Assembly (NCBI GenBank): GCA_040753675.1 | Contig: JBFMEB010000011.1 | Coordinates: forward strand, 1-56,647 | Source: Candidatus Omnitrophota bacterium | GTDB lineage: Bacteria; Omnitrophota; Gorgyraeia; JAHJTE01 | Direction of reading: 5' to 3' | DNA length: 56,647 nt | In this document: piece by piece, positions 16,764 to 25,377 of the stretch | Layout: each line of letters begins with the position of its first letter | Position numbering within the stretch: position 1 is the stretch's first letter | The notes under the pieces: model-generated | What the model was told of the DNA's origin: nothing | Databases searched by the model: none | What the model saw: the letters and a program-made list of their open reading frames with translations, nothing else | Program-made: the position numbers and the translations under genes

Positions 16764-18464
16764 CTATTCTTTGAACATATTTGTTATGGGCATTCTGCGG
16801 TCTCTGCCGAATGCCTTAGGAGTAATTTTAACCCCAACCGCGTATTGCCTTCTTTTATATTCGCTTTTATCAATCATGGAAGCGGTTCTTTTTACTAAAT
16901 TTTTATTAAACCCTCTTTTAATTATATCAGATATGGACTTATCCTTCTCAATGTAAAGATCTATTATTGCATCAAGCGTTGAATATGCAGGTAAAGTATC
17001 CTGGTCAGTCTGATTCCTTTTCAACTCTGCACTAGGGGCCCTTTTAAAAATGCTTTCCGGGATAACTTCTTCTATTTTATTCCTAAATCTTGCTAATTTA
17101 TAAACAAGTGTTTTAGGAACGTCCTTCAAGATTGCAAAGCCTCCAGCAGTATCACCATAAAGCGTACAATATCCAGTAGAAAGCTCGCTTTTGTTTCCAG
17201 TGGTAACAACAAGAGAGCCGAATTTATTAGAAAAAGCCATGAGTATATTCCCACGGATTCTTGCCTGGATATTCTCTTCTGCTATATTAGATTTTGTCTT
17301 AGCAAATGGCTTACGCAAAGAGGCTAAATATTCTTTATATAAACTATCTATAGGAATAATGTGTAATTTTATACCGAGATTGTCTGCTATTTTTTTTGCA
17401 TCAGACTTGGTCCCTTCTGATGAATACATCGAAGGCATAGAGATTGCTACCACATTATCTCTATCTAAGGCATCAACTGCAATTGTAACTACTAACGCAG
17501 AATCTATGCCTCCGCTTAAACCCAACACTACTTGTCTAAAGCCGTTCTTACCACAATAGTCCTTTAAACCCAAAACTAAAGCAGCGTAAATTTCCTCCAA
17601 TCTTCCTAACGTCTTCTCTTTGCGGGAAAAAAAAGTATTTGGCTTATCGTTAATTTTAGCTCGGATATTTACATATTCAAGCGGAAGATTTTTTCTAAAA
17701 GACCTGGTAGCCGAAGTAAGAGACGCAATATCAATATCCACTGTTAATAAATCTTCTTGGAATTGTTTTGCCTGTGCAATCAATTTTCCTTTTGCATCAA
17801 AAACCATGCTGGCACCATCAAAAACAAGCTCATCCTGGCCACCCACAAGATTGCAATAAGCTATAAAACACCTATTCTCTTTTGCTCTTTTGCTTAATAA
17901 GTTCTGGCGCAATGCTAATTTTTGGGCAAAATATGGAGAAGAAGAAATATTTATAATAATTTTAGCCTTGCCTGCTTGACTCTGAATTTGCGCTGGTCCT
18001 TTTTCTTGCCAAATATCTTCACAGATATTTACTCCTATCTTTAAGCCCTTGGAAAATTCCAAAACTAAAGCCTTATCTCCTGGTTTAAAATAACGCATTT
18101 CATCAAATACGCCGTAATTTGGCAAGTGCATCTTTTTATAAACACCTATAAGCTTTTTTTGATAAATAATCGCAGCAGCATTGAAAAGTTTATATTTATA
18201 AAAATAAGGAAAACCCACGATAGCAAATATGGAGTCTGTCGCTTTTATAACTTCTTCTAAGTACTGCCTATTAGTCTGGATAAATTTTGGCCTTAATAAC
18301 AAGTCTTCGGGGGGATATCCAGAAAGAGCCAGTTCCGGAAAAACAATCAAATCTGATTTGAAAGTTTTAGCCTTATTTATACAGTTTATAATCTTCTGGC
18401 AATTGCCATTGATATCTCCGACAGCGCTGTTTATTTGCGCTAATGTTATTCGTAGAGTTTTCAT
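16764..18464 (-). CDS. nadE: Glutamine-dependent NAD+ synthetase
   Basis: Nitrilase domain (FPEL, ICED) plus LGLSGGIDS, ENIQARIR, TGNKSE. Start set at the ATG overlapping the nth stop (TAATG). Confidence 0.95.
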   Translation of the reverse strand: MKTLRITLAQINSAVGDINGNCQKIINCINKAKTFKSDLIVFPELALSGYPPEDLLLRPKFIQTNRQYLEEVIKATDSIFAIVGFPYFYKYKLFNAAAIIYQKKLIGVYKKMHLPNYGVFDEMRYFKPGDKALVLEFSKGLKIGVNICEDIWQEKGPAQIQSQAGKAKIIINISSSPYFAQKLALRQNLLSKRAKENRCFIAYCNLVGGQDELVFDGASMVFDAKGKLIAQAKQFQEDLLTVDIDIASLTSATRSFRKNLPLEYVNIRAKINDKPNTFFSRKEKTLGRLEEIYAALVLGLKDYCGKNGFRQVVLGLSGGIDSALVVTIAVDALDRDNVVAISMPSMYSSEGTKSDAKKIADNLGIKLHIIPIDSLYKEYLASLRKPFAKTKSNIAEENIQARIRGNILMAFSNKFGSLVVTTGNKSELSTGYCTLYGDTAGGFAILKDVPKTLVYKLARFRNKIEEVIPESIFKRAPSAELKRNQTDQDTLPAYSTLDAIIDLYIEKDKSISDIIKRGFNKNLVKRTASMIDKSEYKRRQYAVGVKITPKAFGRDRRMPITNMFKE

Positions 18465-19132
18465 TATAAAGTTAATTCCGGATAGAAAGTTTTCGCTGAG
18501 GGACAAAATCTGTTTATAACGCAATTTGGACAATTTGGCTTACGCGCCTGGCAAATTGCCCGGCCGTGGTCAACCAGTAAGTAATTGAAATCTAGCCAGT
18601 ATTTTTTTTCTACTATGCGCATTAAATCCTGCTCGATTTTTTCAGGATCATTCTCTTTGCTAAATCCCAGCCTCTGTGAAAGCCGCTTAACGTGTGTATC
18701 AACAGCTATGCCTTGCGCCTTTTTAAATGCGCTTGATAATACTATATTTGCTGTCTTTCTTGCCACCCCCGGCAGACTAATAAGGCTCTCCATTTCATCA
18801 GGAACTTTGCCAGAGAAATCCTTCACCATTTTTTTAGCCAAAGCTATGATATTTTTTGCCTTGTTTTTATAAAAGCCGGCTGAATAAATCTCTTTTTCTA
18901 AGGTCTCCTGTTTTGCCTTAGCAAAATCTAAAGAAGTTTTATATTTTTTAAAAAGCCCAGGGGTGATTTTATTTACCCTTTCATCAGTGCATTGGGCTGA
19001 AAGAATAGTGGCAATTAAAATTTGTAATGGCGTTTTAAAGGTAAGCGCAGTTCGACTCCGAGAGTAAGTTTTGCGTAAAATTTCAATAATCTTATTAACT
19101 CTTTCTCCCTGTTTCAGTAAACTCAAGGACAT
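18464..19132 (-). CDS. nth: Endonuclease III
   Basis: ILSAQCTD, HhH LPGVARKTA, VDTHV, C-x6-C-x2-C-x5-C. Confidence 0.95.
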   Translation of the reverse strand: MSLSLLKQGERVNKIIEILRKTYSRSRTALTFKTPLQILIATILSAQCTDERVNKITPGLFKKYKTSLDFAKAKQETLEKEIYSAGFYKNKAKNIIALAKKMVKDFSGKVPDEMESLISLPGVARKTANIVLSSAFKKAQGIAVDTHVKRLSQRLGFSKENDPEKIEQDLMRIVEKKYWLDFNYLLVDHGRAICQARKPNCPNCVINRFCPSAKTFYPELTL

Positions 19133-19134
19133 TT

Positions 19135-20139
19135 TTAAAAAACTCCGTCAATGGTTGATTTGCAGGTAGGGCATTTCCCTTCCTGTAGCAGGACTTTAGT
19201 TATACTTAAGCCCTGCCTTTCTATCAAAAGTCCCTTACAATTATAGCAATAAGTATTATTACCTTCAAATACATTTCCCATATAAACATACCGTAAGCCA
19301 GCGGCCTCTCCTATGCTTTTCGCCAATCTCAATGTCTGGATTGGCGTAGGCTTATTATCTGTAATTTTATAATCAGGATGAAATCGGCTTACATGCCACG
19401 GAATTTCAATTCCCACTGATGCAATAAACTCAGCTATTTTTTTTAGCTCGTCTTCTGAATCATTCAGCCCCGGCACTATTAGAGTAGTAATCTCAACCCA
19501 AATATCAAATTTTCTCATAAGTCGGATTGAATCTAATACAGGAGCCAAGCGAGCTCCACAAATTTTTTTGTAAAAATCTTCACTAAAACTTTTTAGATCT
19601 ACATTAGCAGCATCAAGAAACGGATAAACTGTTTCTAAGGCCTCTTTGGTCATATAACCATTTGTCACAAAGTTATTATATATGCCTTGTTTCTTAGCTA
19701 TCTGTGAGGTATCAAAGGCGTATTCAAAAAATATAGTTGGTTCAGTGTAAGTATAAGATATGCTTTTAGAGCCTGAACTTTTTGCCTGTCTTACAACTTC
19801 CTCAGGGATTAATTCATAACCGAGAGAGCCATTTTTCTTTTTATTTGCCTGAGATATCTGCCAATTTTGACAAAATCCGCATCTAAAATTACAGCCAACT
19901 GTGGCTATTGAAAAAGAAGTTGAGCCGGGGAAGAAATGATAAAGCGGTTTTTTTTCAATCGGGTCAATTGCAGCAGCAATCGCCTCAGCGTAAACAAGTG
20001 TTTTTAAACTACCTGCCTCATTTTTCCTTACTGCACATATGCCAAACTGCGATGGTGAAATCTTGCAATGATGAGAACATAAGAAACAATGCACTCTATC
20101 AGCTTCTAATCTTTCATAAAGCATTGCTTCTTTTATCAT
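19135..20139 (-). CDS. amrS: AmmeMemoRadiSam system radical SAM enzyme
   Basis: DPIEKKPLYHF.PG, GCNFRCGFCQNWQISQ, C-terminal CxxC pairs. Confidence 0.92.
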   Translation of the reverse strand: MIKEAMLYERLEADRVHCFLCSHHCKISPSQFGICAVRKNEAGSLKTLVYAEAIAAAIDPIEKKPLYHFFPGSTSFSIATVGCNFRCGFCQNWQISQANKKKNGSLGYELIPEEVVRQAKSSGSKSISYTYTEPTIFFEYAFDTSQIAKKQGIYNNFVTNGYMTKEALETVYPFLDAANVDLKSFSEDFYKKICGARLAPVLDSIRLMRKFDIWVEITTLIVPGLNDSEDELKKIAEFIASVGIEIPWHVSRFHPDYKITDNKPTPIQTLRLAKSIGEAAGLRYVYMGNVFEGNNTYCYNCKGLLIERQGLSITKVLLQEGKCPTCKSTIDGVF

Positions 20140-20141
20140 GG

Positions 20142-20741
20142 CTAACGTTTTAATAATCTTTGTATTTTTTCAAGGATAATTGTTTTTACTCCAACTAAAG
20201 CCATCTCTTTAATTGCAATTTCAGAATCACCCTTCTCAACATTTACCCCTTTGACTGCGTCAATGAGTAGTTTTACTTTAAAGCCAAATTTTACAGCATC
20301 CAATACTGAAGATTTTACGCAATAGTCAGTAGCCAATCCTCCCACGAAAAGTTCTTCTATACCTAAGATCTTAAGTAAATTTAAAAAAGCTGTGCCATTA
20401 GAGTCTTGCCCCTGAAAAGCAGAATAGTTTTCTTCTTCTGGGTCCATTCCTTTAGATATAACTATCGCCTGCTGCGGCAATTTTAATTTTGGATGGAAGT
20501 TGGCACCTTTAGTGTCCGCTATGCAATGTGCCGGCCATCTGCCGCCGAACTGCTTGAAATGTTTGGTCTTTTTAGGATGCCAATCGCGTGAGGCAAAAAT
20601 AGGCAGGTTGTGCTTGGAAAAAATATTTATATACTGGTTAAGAACAGGAATTATCTTATCGCCTTCCGGCACGGCTAAAGCGCCGGCCGGACAAAAATCA
20701 TTTTGCACATCTACTATTAGGAGTGCTTTTTTTAATTTCAT
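20142..20741 (-). CDS. pncA: Nicotinamidase
   Basis: VDVQNDF, RDWHP, WPAHC, GLATDYCV. Confidence 0.93.
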   Translation of the reverse strand: MKLKKALLIVDVQNDFCPAGALAVPEGDKIIPVLNQYINIFSKHNLPIFASRDWHPKKTKHFKQFGGRWPAHCIADTKGANFHPKLKLPQQAIVISKGMDPEEENYSAFQGQDSNGTAFLNLLKILGIEELFVGGLATDYCVKSSVLDAVKFGFKVKLLIDAVKGVNVEKGDSEIAIKEMALVGVKTIILEKIQRLLKR

Positions 20742-20743
20742 TG

Positions 20744-21829
20744 TTACTGCCCAGAACTAACTGGTGCAGCATTCTGGATTGGGAAAGTCTTTTCTGGTTG
20801 GCTCTCTTTAGGAGTTTCGCTTATGCCTAATGCCTGGCTTATCTTAAGTTTATCTGTCCCTGACAAAAAATAATCTAATACTGCTTTGGTAAGCCCAGGA
20901 TCTAAATTCATCATTTGTTCTCTTACCTGATGATTCTCCTGTAATTTTCTTCCGGTTAAAACAATAAACAATAGGACATTCTGAGGTTGTTGGGGGTCGG
21001 TTGTTAAATACAAATAGGGGTTAGAAACAGTTCCTCTTAAAGATATGAGAATTTGGATATTGTCAATATTTGCATTGCCTTGAAATTCAAAAACCGGCTC
21101 TTTATAATCTGGAGAAAATAAAATCCTGCTTTCTTTTAAATTTATATTCACATCTTTAACCGCCAATGAGCCGCTCTGAAAAATAAGCGCTCCCTGCATA
21201 GCAGGTTGTTTGTTTATCTTTTTAACATTAATAGCAAAAGAACCAGGGCAATTAGTAAAGGTTAGATCTTTGTAAGAAAGCCTTTCTACTTCAAAGGCAC
21301 CCCTTAATTGCGGCTTGGTGAAAGAGCCTTTAACGTAACTATCGATATTAGTTATTGCACCTGATAAATCTTTTAATCTTTTATCCTTAGAAAATATTTT
21401 TAGGATATCTTCGGCATCGACTCTTTTGGAGTATACATTAACATCGAGGTTCACCTTCTTATAAGAGGCAAATAAGACTATAGGCTCTGAATACGGCATT
21501 ATAAGACGGCAATTTTCTATATCTAAATTTATTGAGTCGAATTTAAATGGCCTCAGAGACAGTTCAAGCCTTTGAATTTTAAGACTGCTCCCTCTTGGTA
21601 ACCACGCTATATCATTAATGCTAATGTCAGTTAATTTAAGGCCCTTCGAGAAAGTGCCCTCGATATGGCTGATGGTCACTTTGTTTATATCTATATATTT
21701 AGAAAGTATGAGCCGAGCCAGAAATATAGAGCCAACAGTAGTAAAAAGAAAATAATAACCAGCCAGAATCATTATTATTAAACATGTTATACTGACTCTG
21801 GCTAAGGGACGAAATGTCTTTCCTAACAT
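20744..21829 (-). CDS. Short TamB/AsmA-like beta-rich envelope protein
   Basis: N-terminal TM anchor, IEGTF..GL.L, C-terminal LRGT...P.L.L.TDP..PQ..LL resembling TamB. Confidence 0.55.
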   Translation of the reverse strand: MLGKTFRPLARVSITCLIIMILAGYYFLFTTVGSIFLARLILSKYIDINKVTISHIEGTFSKGLKLTDISINDIAWLPRGSSLKIQRLELSLRPFKFDSINLDIENCRLIMPYSEPIVLFASYKKVNLDVNVYSKRVDAEDILKIFSKDKRLKDLSGAITNIDSYVKGSFTKPQLRGAFEVERLSYKDLTFTNCPGSFAINVKKINKQPAMQGALIFQSGSLAVKDVNINLKESRILFSPDYKEPVFEFQGNANIDNIQILISLRGTVSNPYLYLTTDPQQPQNVLLFIVLTGRKLQENHQVREQMMNLDPGLTKAVLDYFLSGTDKLKISQALGISETPKESQPEKTFPIQNAAPVSSGQ

Positions 21830-21833
21830 AAGA

Positions 21834-22445
21834 TTAATTTGGGTTTCGGCTATTAAAACGCTTTAAGTTTTTTAAATTCTGGACTAAAGTGCGAATTTTT
21901 ACATCCACTGACTCTAATTTTGGCCGAAGGACAAAAGCAATTAATGCCTGACCTAAAGCCGCGCTTAAAACATCAGTGCCAATATCTTTAATATCGAAAT
22001 TTCTCGGAGGAAAAAAAATCTGAAATACCTCATCTAATATAGCAAAAAGCATCAGAAATAAACTTGATATTACATAAAGCATCTGCGTTGATATATTATG
22101 GCGCAGCGCCCTGAAAAGTAAAAGGCTTAATATACCGTAGCCAACAAAATGCAATCTATCCCTACTTGCCTCTACCTGCTTTAGAAAATAAAGACTAATT
22201 ATAAAAATACTTACCAGCCATATATAAGAAGATATTGGTGGATAAGGCCTTCTTATTAGGAAGATAAAAAAAAATAAAAAGGTAGAAAAAATTAAAACAC
22301 TAATAATAAGATTTAACTTAATATTAACTGTGTTTTCACCAATATTTAATAGTAAAATATTCGAAAAAGGGATTATCGCCAGGACAAAAAAAGAAGAAAT
22401 TATCAACATCAACCAATCGACTTTCATCCCTAGGCTTCGGTACAT
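21834..22445 (-). CDS. VanZ-like family membrane protein
   Basis: DRLHFVGYGIL, DEVFQ.F.P.R.FDIKDI..D. Confidence 0.8.
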   Translation of the reverse strand: MYRSLGMKVDWLMLIISSFFVLAIIPFSNILLLNIGENTVNIKLNLIISVLIFSTFLFFFIFLIRRPYPPISSYIWLVSIFIISLYFLKQVEASRDRLHFVGYGILSLLLFRALRHNISTQMLYVISSLFLMLFAILDEVFQIFFPPRNFDIKDIGTDVLSAALGQALIAFVLRPKLESVDVKIRTLVQNLKNLKRFNSRNPN

Positions 22446-22447
22446 AA

Positions 22448-23590
22448 TTAATTATGGCTGCTTTTTAGGCTATTTAAGAGGACAGTGATTTTCAACTGAT
22501 CTAAAGAAAAAGGCTTAACCAGGTAGTCAGATGCCCCTGACTGTATTGCTTGTTTTAAGATGAATTCGTCCTTAACGCCGCTAAGCATTACAACTCTTAT
22601 ATTGGGAAAATTTTTTTTAATTTGGCCTAAAATTTCAAGGCCGTCAGTGCCTGGCATCACTATATCTAAAAGCACAAGATTGGGATTAATCTTCTCTATC
22701 TCCTTTAATACCTCTTTGGGCTGGCTTATGCTGTATGAGCGGTAACCTTCTTGAGATAAAAATTTTTCTATATATTCACAGGTATCTGGTTCATCATCTA
22801 CGATAAGTATGCAGGGTTTCTCTTCTTTAATCTCTAACTTTTGTCCTTTGCTTGCCTTAGAAAGCATTGAGCAAATAATAGCCAGCAGGCTGTTTGCGTC
22901 AAATGAAGTCGGCAAGTACTGACAGGCGCCAATTTCATTAATCTTAAGCTTTAACTCCTCCTCTAGTTTAGACTCAGTCGTAATTATTAAAGGAAGGGTT
23001 GGATATTTAGTTCTTATTTGGTTGATAACTTTTGGTGTATCTGTTTTTAATACATCGGCTCTGAGTATCAGGAAATTAACGCTGGTATCAGCCAATTCTG
23101 AAGAATCCTGAAAACTTTTTATTATCTTTATATTATAGCCCTTTTTAGCAAAAAGCTCTACGATTGTTTTTATTTTTGTTTCATCGAATTGGAAAGCGAC
23201 CATAGAAACGGAACTGATTCTATTTAATTCTATCTGCGCTGCCCAGACCTCAATATTTCTCTTGAATAAATCTAAGTCCAGAGGCTTGAACATATAACTA
23301 ACTGCTCCCAGATGAAGCATTCTCTCTTGTGCAAATTTTTCTCTTACCGCCGAAATTACTATGACAATCGCTCCTTTATCAATACTTTTAATTTCTTTAA
23401 GGGTTTGGATTCCGTCCATTTCAGGCATCAAAATATCAAGAAGTATTAATTGGGGGTGCTCTCCTTTAATTTTTTCAAGTGCCTCTTGCCCAGAATAGGC
23501 GCAAATAGCCTCATAGCCTTCCTGGGAGAGGAGTTCTTTTAGAGAATCGCAAAAATCTTTCTCATCATCAACAATGAGCACTTTTACCAT
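22448..23590 (-). CDS. Receiver-only protein with three REC domains (middle one degenerate)
   Basis: Two canonical VDDE/LLDI.MP/KP domains flank a REC-like domain without the acidic pocket. Confidence 0.85.
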   Translation of the reverse strand: MVKVLIVDDEKDFCDSLKELLSQEGYEAICAYSGQEALEKIKGEHPQLILLDILMPEMDGIQTLKEIKSIDKGAIVIVISAVREKFAQERMLHLGAVSYMFKPLDLDLFKRNIEVWAAQIELNRISSVSMVAFQFDETKIKTIVELFAKKGYNIKIIKSFQDSSELADTSVNFLILRADVLKTDTPKVINQIRTKYPTLPLIITTESKLEEELKLKINEIGACQYLPTSFDANSLLAIICSMLSKASKGQKLEIKEEKPCILIVDDEPDTCEYIEKFLSQEGYRSYSISQPKEVLKEIEKINPNLVLLDIVMPGTDGLEILGQIKKNFPNIRVVMLSGVKDEFILKQAIQSGASDYLVKPFSLDQLKITVLLNSLKSSHN

Positions 23591-23606
23591 TTATATCCAC
23601 CCTTTT

Positions 23607-23981
23607 TTATTTAGTGGTCTTAAGGAAAAGGTAGAGCGAAATTGCGGTCTCCAGTGCTTTATAGCCGAGAGGTTTAGTAATATAATCTACTGCTCCTATC
23701 TCCAATGCTTTTTTGGCAGTTTCTATTTCGTCAACGCAAGTAACCATAATCACCGGTAAGTCTTTATTTATTTTTTTTATCTCTTCTAAGCATCTTAAGC
23801 CGTCCATTTCAGGCATCAAAATATCCAAGAGCACCAATTGTGGCCGGTCTTTAACTACCTTGGAAATTGCTTCTTTCGCGGTGTTAGCTGTGATTATATT
23901 ATAGCCACGTTTTGCCAGATAGTAACTATCAACTTCACAAACCCCTGGCTCATCATCAACAAGCAGAATCTTAGGTTTCAT
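23607..23981 (-). CDS. Single-domain response regulator
   Basis: LVDDE, LLDILMPEMDG, YITKP. Confidence 0.92.
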   Translation of the reverse strand: MKPKILLVDDEPGVCEVDSYYLAKRGYNIITANTAKEAISKVVKDRPQLVLLDILMPEMDGLRCLEEIKKINKDLPVIMVTCVDEIETAKKALEIGAVDYITKPLGYKALETAISLYLFLKTTK

Positions 23982-23998
23982 TTACTCCCCCTTTTAAC

Positions 23999-24029
23999 AA
24001 AAAAACCTATACTCCGAAAGCATAGGTTT
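23999..24029 (-). terminator. Intrinsic terminator, expression platform of the c-di-GMP-I riboswitch
   Basis: AAACCTATGC-tttcgga-GTATAGGTTT followed by a T-run. Confidence 0.85.
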
Positions 24030-24038
24030 ATTTTCTGT

Positions 24039-24210
24039 TTCGGCAACCAGACAATCTCACTAAAGTCTTATTACTACAGTGGATTCACGGCTTTGCCCAG
24101 TCTTCGCAAAATACTTATAGTATTTTGCTTCGCCTAGTCCGCCGAAGCCAAACGTCTTAAACATTTGGCGAAGGCGGAGCCCTATCCTTTCGAATAGTTT
24201 GCCCTTATCG
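24039..24210 (-). ncRNA. c-di-GMP-I (GEMM-I) riboswitch with an 82-nt insertion at 24097-24178
   Basis: CGATAAGGGCAAAC-TATTC-GAAA-GGATAG-GGC[insert]GCAAAGCC...GGTTGCCG. Removing the insert gives the canonical GGGCGCAAAGCC. Confidence 0.85.
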
Positions 24211-24237
24211 TCCTTAACGCATAATCTCCTATTATTA

Positions 24238-24266
24238 ATTATACCACAATAATAGTTGTATTTCAA
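24238..24266 (-). promoter_or_regulatory. Sigma70-type promoter upstream of the c-di-GMP-I riboswitch
   Basis: TTGAAA-17 bp-TATAAT with an extended TG. Confidence 0.75.
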
Positions 24267-24304
24267 TTAATCATAACTTATTTATTTACAATAAGTTAAG
24301 AATT

Positions 24305-25366
24305 TTAACTAGCCAATTTCAAGCGCGGGTTAGGGTTATATCTTCTTCCTACCTTTGCACAGGGTTTTTCGTTTACCATAACAATGTCTGCGGTAAAATC
24401 TATCTTTTCTCTAAACAATGCTGAGCCAACCCCAACTGCATCAAAAGGAACATTTAAGCTAATAAAGTTTTTAATCTTTTCTTCATCAAACCCGCTGGAA
24501 ACAATAATCTTAACAAAATTAAATCCATTTTTATCTAAGGCCTCTCTTGTCTTAAACACCAACTCAGGACAAACTCCGTAAGAATCCTTATCTGTGCCAA
24601 CCACTGAAACATCCCTAACATCTTGTGCCGTATCAAGCCTAACCCCCCACAATTTTTTGCCAAAAATTTTTGCTACTTTCAAGGAGGTGCCAATGCAATC
24701 ATCATCAAAATCAACTAAGACAACCCGTTGTATATTTTTATCAAGATACTTATCCAAAGATTGTGCTGCTTTTACGGTATCGCCGTTATACGCAGCAATA
24801 AGTCCATGTGGCACTGTTCCCAAACCCTCTTCGCCCCACCAGGCAGCTTGCGCGTCGGTTGAAACGCCTAAGGCTCCTGATATAAATGCAGCGTAGCCAT
24901 CGGTAGTTTGAACCCGATAATGGTCAAAACGAGCAGGGAAAAATAGAACTTTTTTATCGGCTGCTGCTTTTACAACCCTCTTAACCGCAGTTGCCACTGC
25001 TGTAGGCCTTGCTATCACACCTAAGTATACAGTCTCCAAGTGAGCAAAAGTGCTGTAATCGCCCTCTATGGTCATTACTGTCTCGCCTGCTTTTATTTCA
25101 TCGCCATCAAAAAGAGCTTTTATTATAAGCTCTTCGGGCCGGTCAGCACAAAGCTTCAAAATAGCTATTGCCTCATCTAAGCCGCAGACAATAGCATCTT
25201 TTCGAGAAAAGACCTGCATTAGGACTCGATTATGATTATTATCCTTTTTTAGTATTTCTTTTGTGCGGACGAAATATTTATCAGAATACCAGCCGCTTTT
25301 TATCTTTTCTACAGGAATGTCAAAAACGTTTATATCCAGCCGTGTTCCATGTTGCCATTTAACCAT
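24305..25366 (-). CDS. Nicotinate phosphoribosyltransferase (quinolinate PRTase-like type)
   Basis: SDKYF, LETVYLG, GTVPH, LVD, GVRLDT, SSGF, GVGS, DFTADIV; pncA and nadE lie downstream. Confidence 0.85.
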   Translation of the reverse strand: MVKWQHGTRLDINVFDIPVEKIKSGWYSDKYFVRTKEILKKDNNHNRVLMQVFSRKDAIVCGLDEAIAILKLCADRPEELIIKALFDGDEIKAGETVMTIEGDYSTFAHLETVYLGVIARPTAVATAVKRVVKAAADKKVLFFPARFDHYRVQTTDGYAAFISGALGVSTDAQAAWWGEEGLGTVPHGLIAAYNGDTVKAAQSLDKYLDKNIQRVVLVDFDDDCIGTSLKVAKIFGKKLWGVRLDTAQDVRDVSVVGTDKDSYGVCPELVFKTREALDKNGFNFVKIIVSSGFDEEKIKNFISLNVPFDAVGVGSALFREKIDFTADIVMVNEKPCAKVGRRYNPNPRLKLAS

Positions 25367-25377
25367 AAAAATTATCC

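Noticed and set aside
24060-24266. 68-aa minus-strand ORF and the overlapping plus-strand ORF 23838-24137
   Set aside because: They coincide with the promoter, GEMM-I aptamer and palindromic insert.
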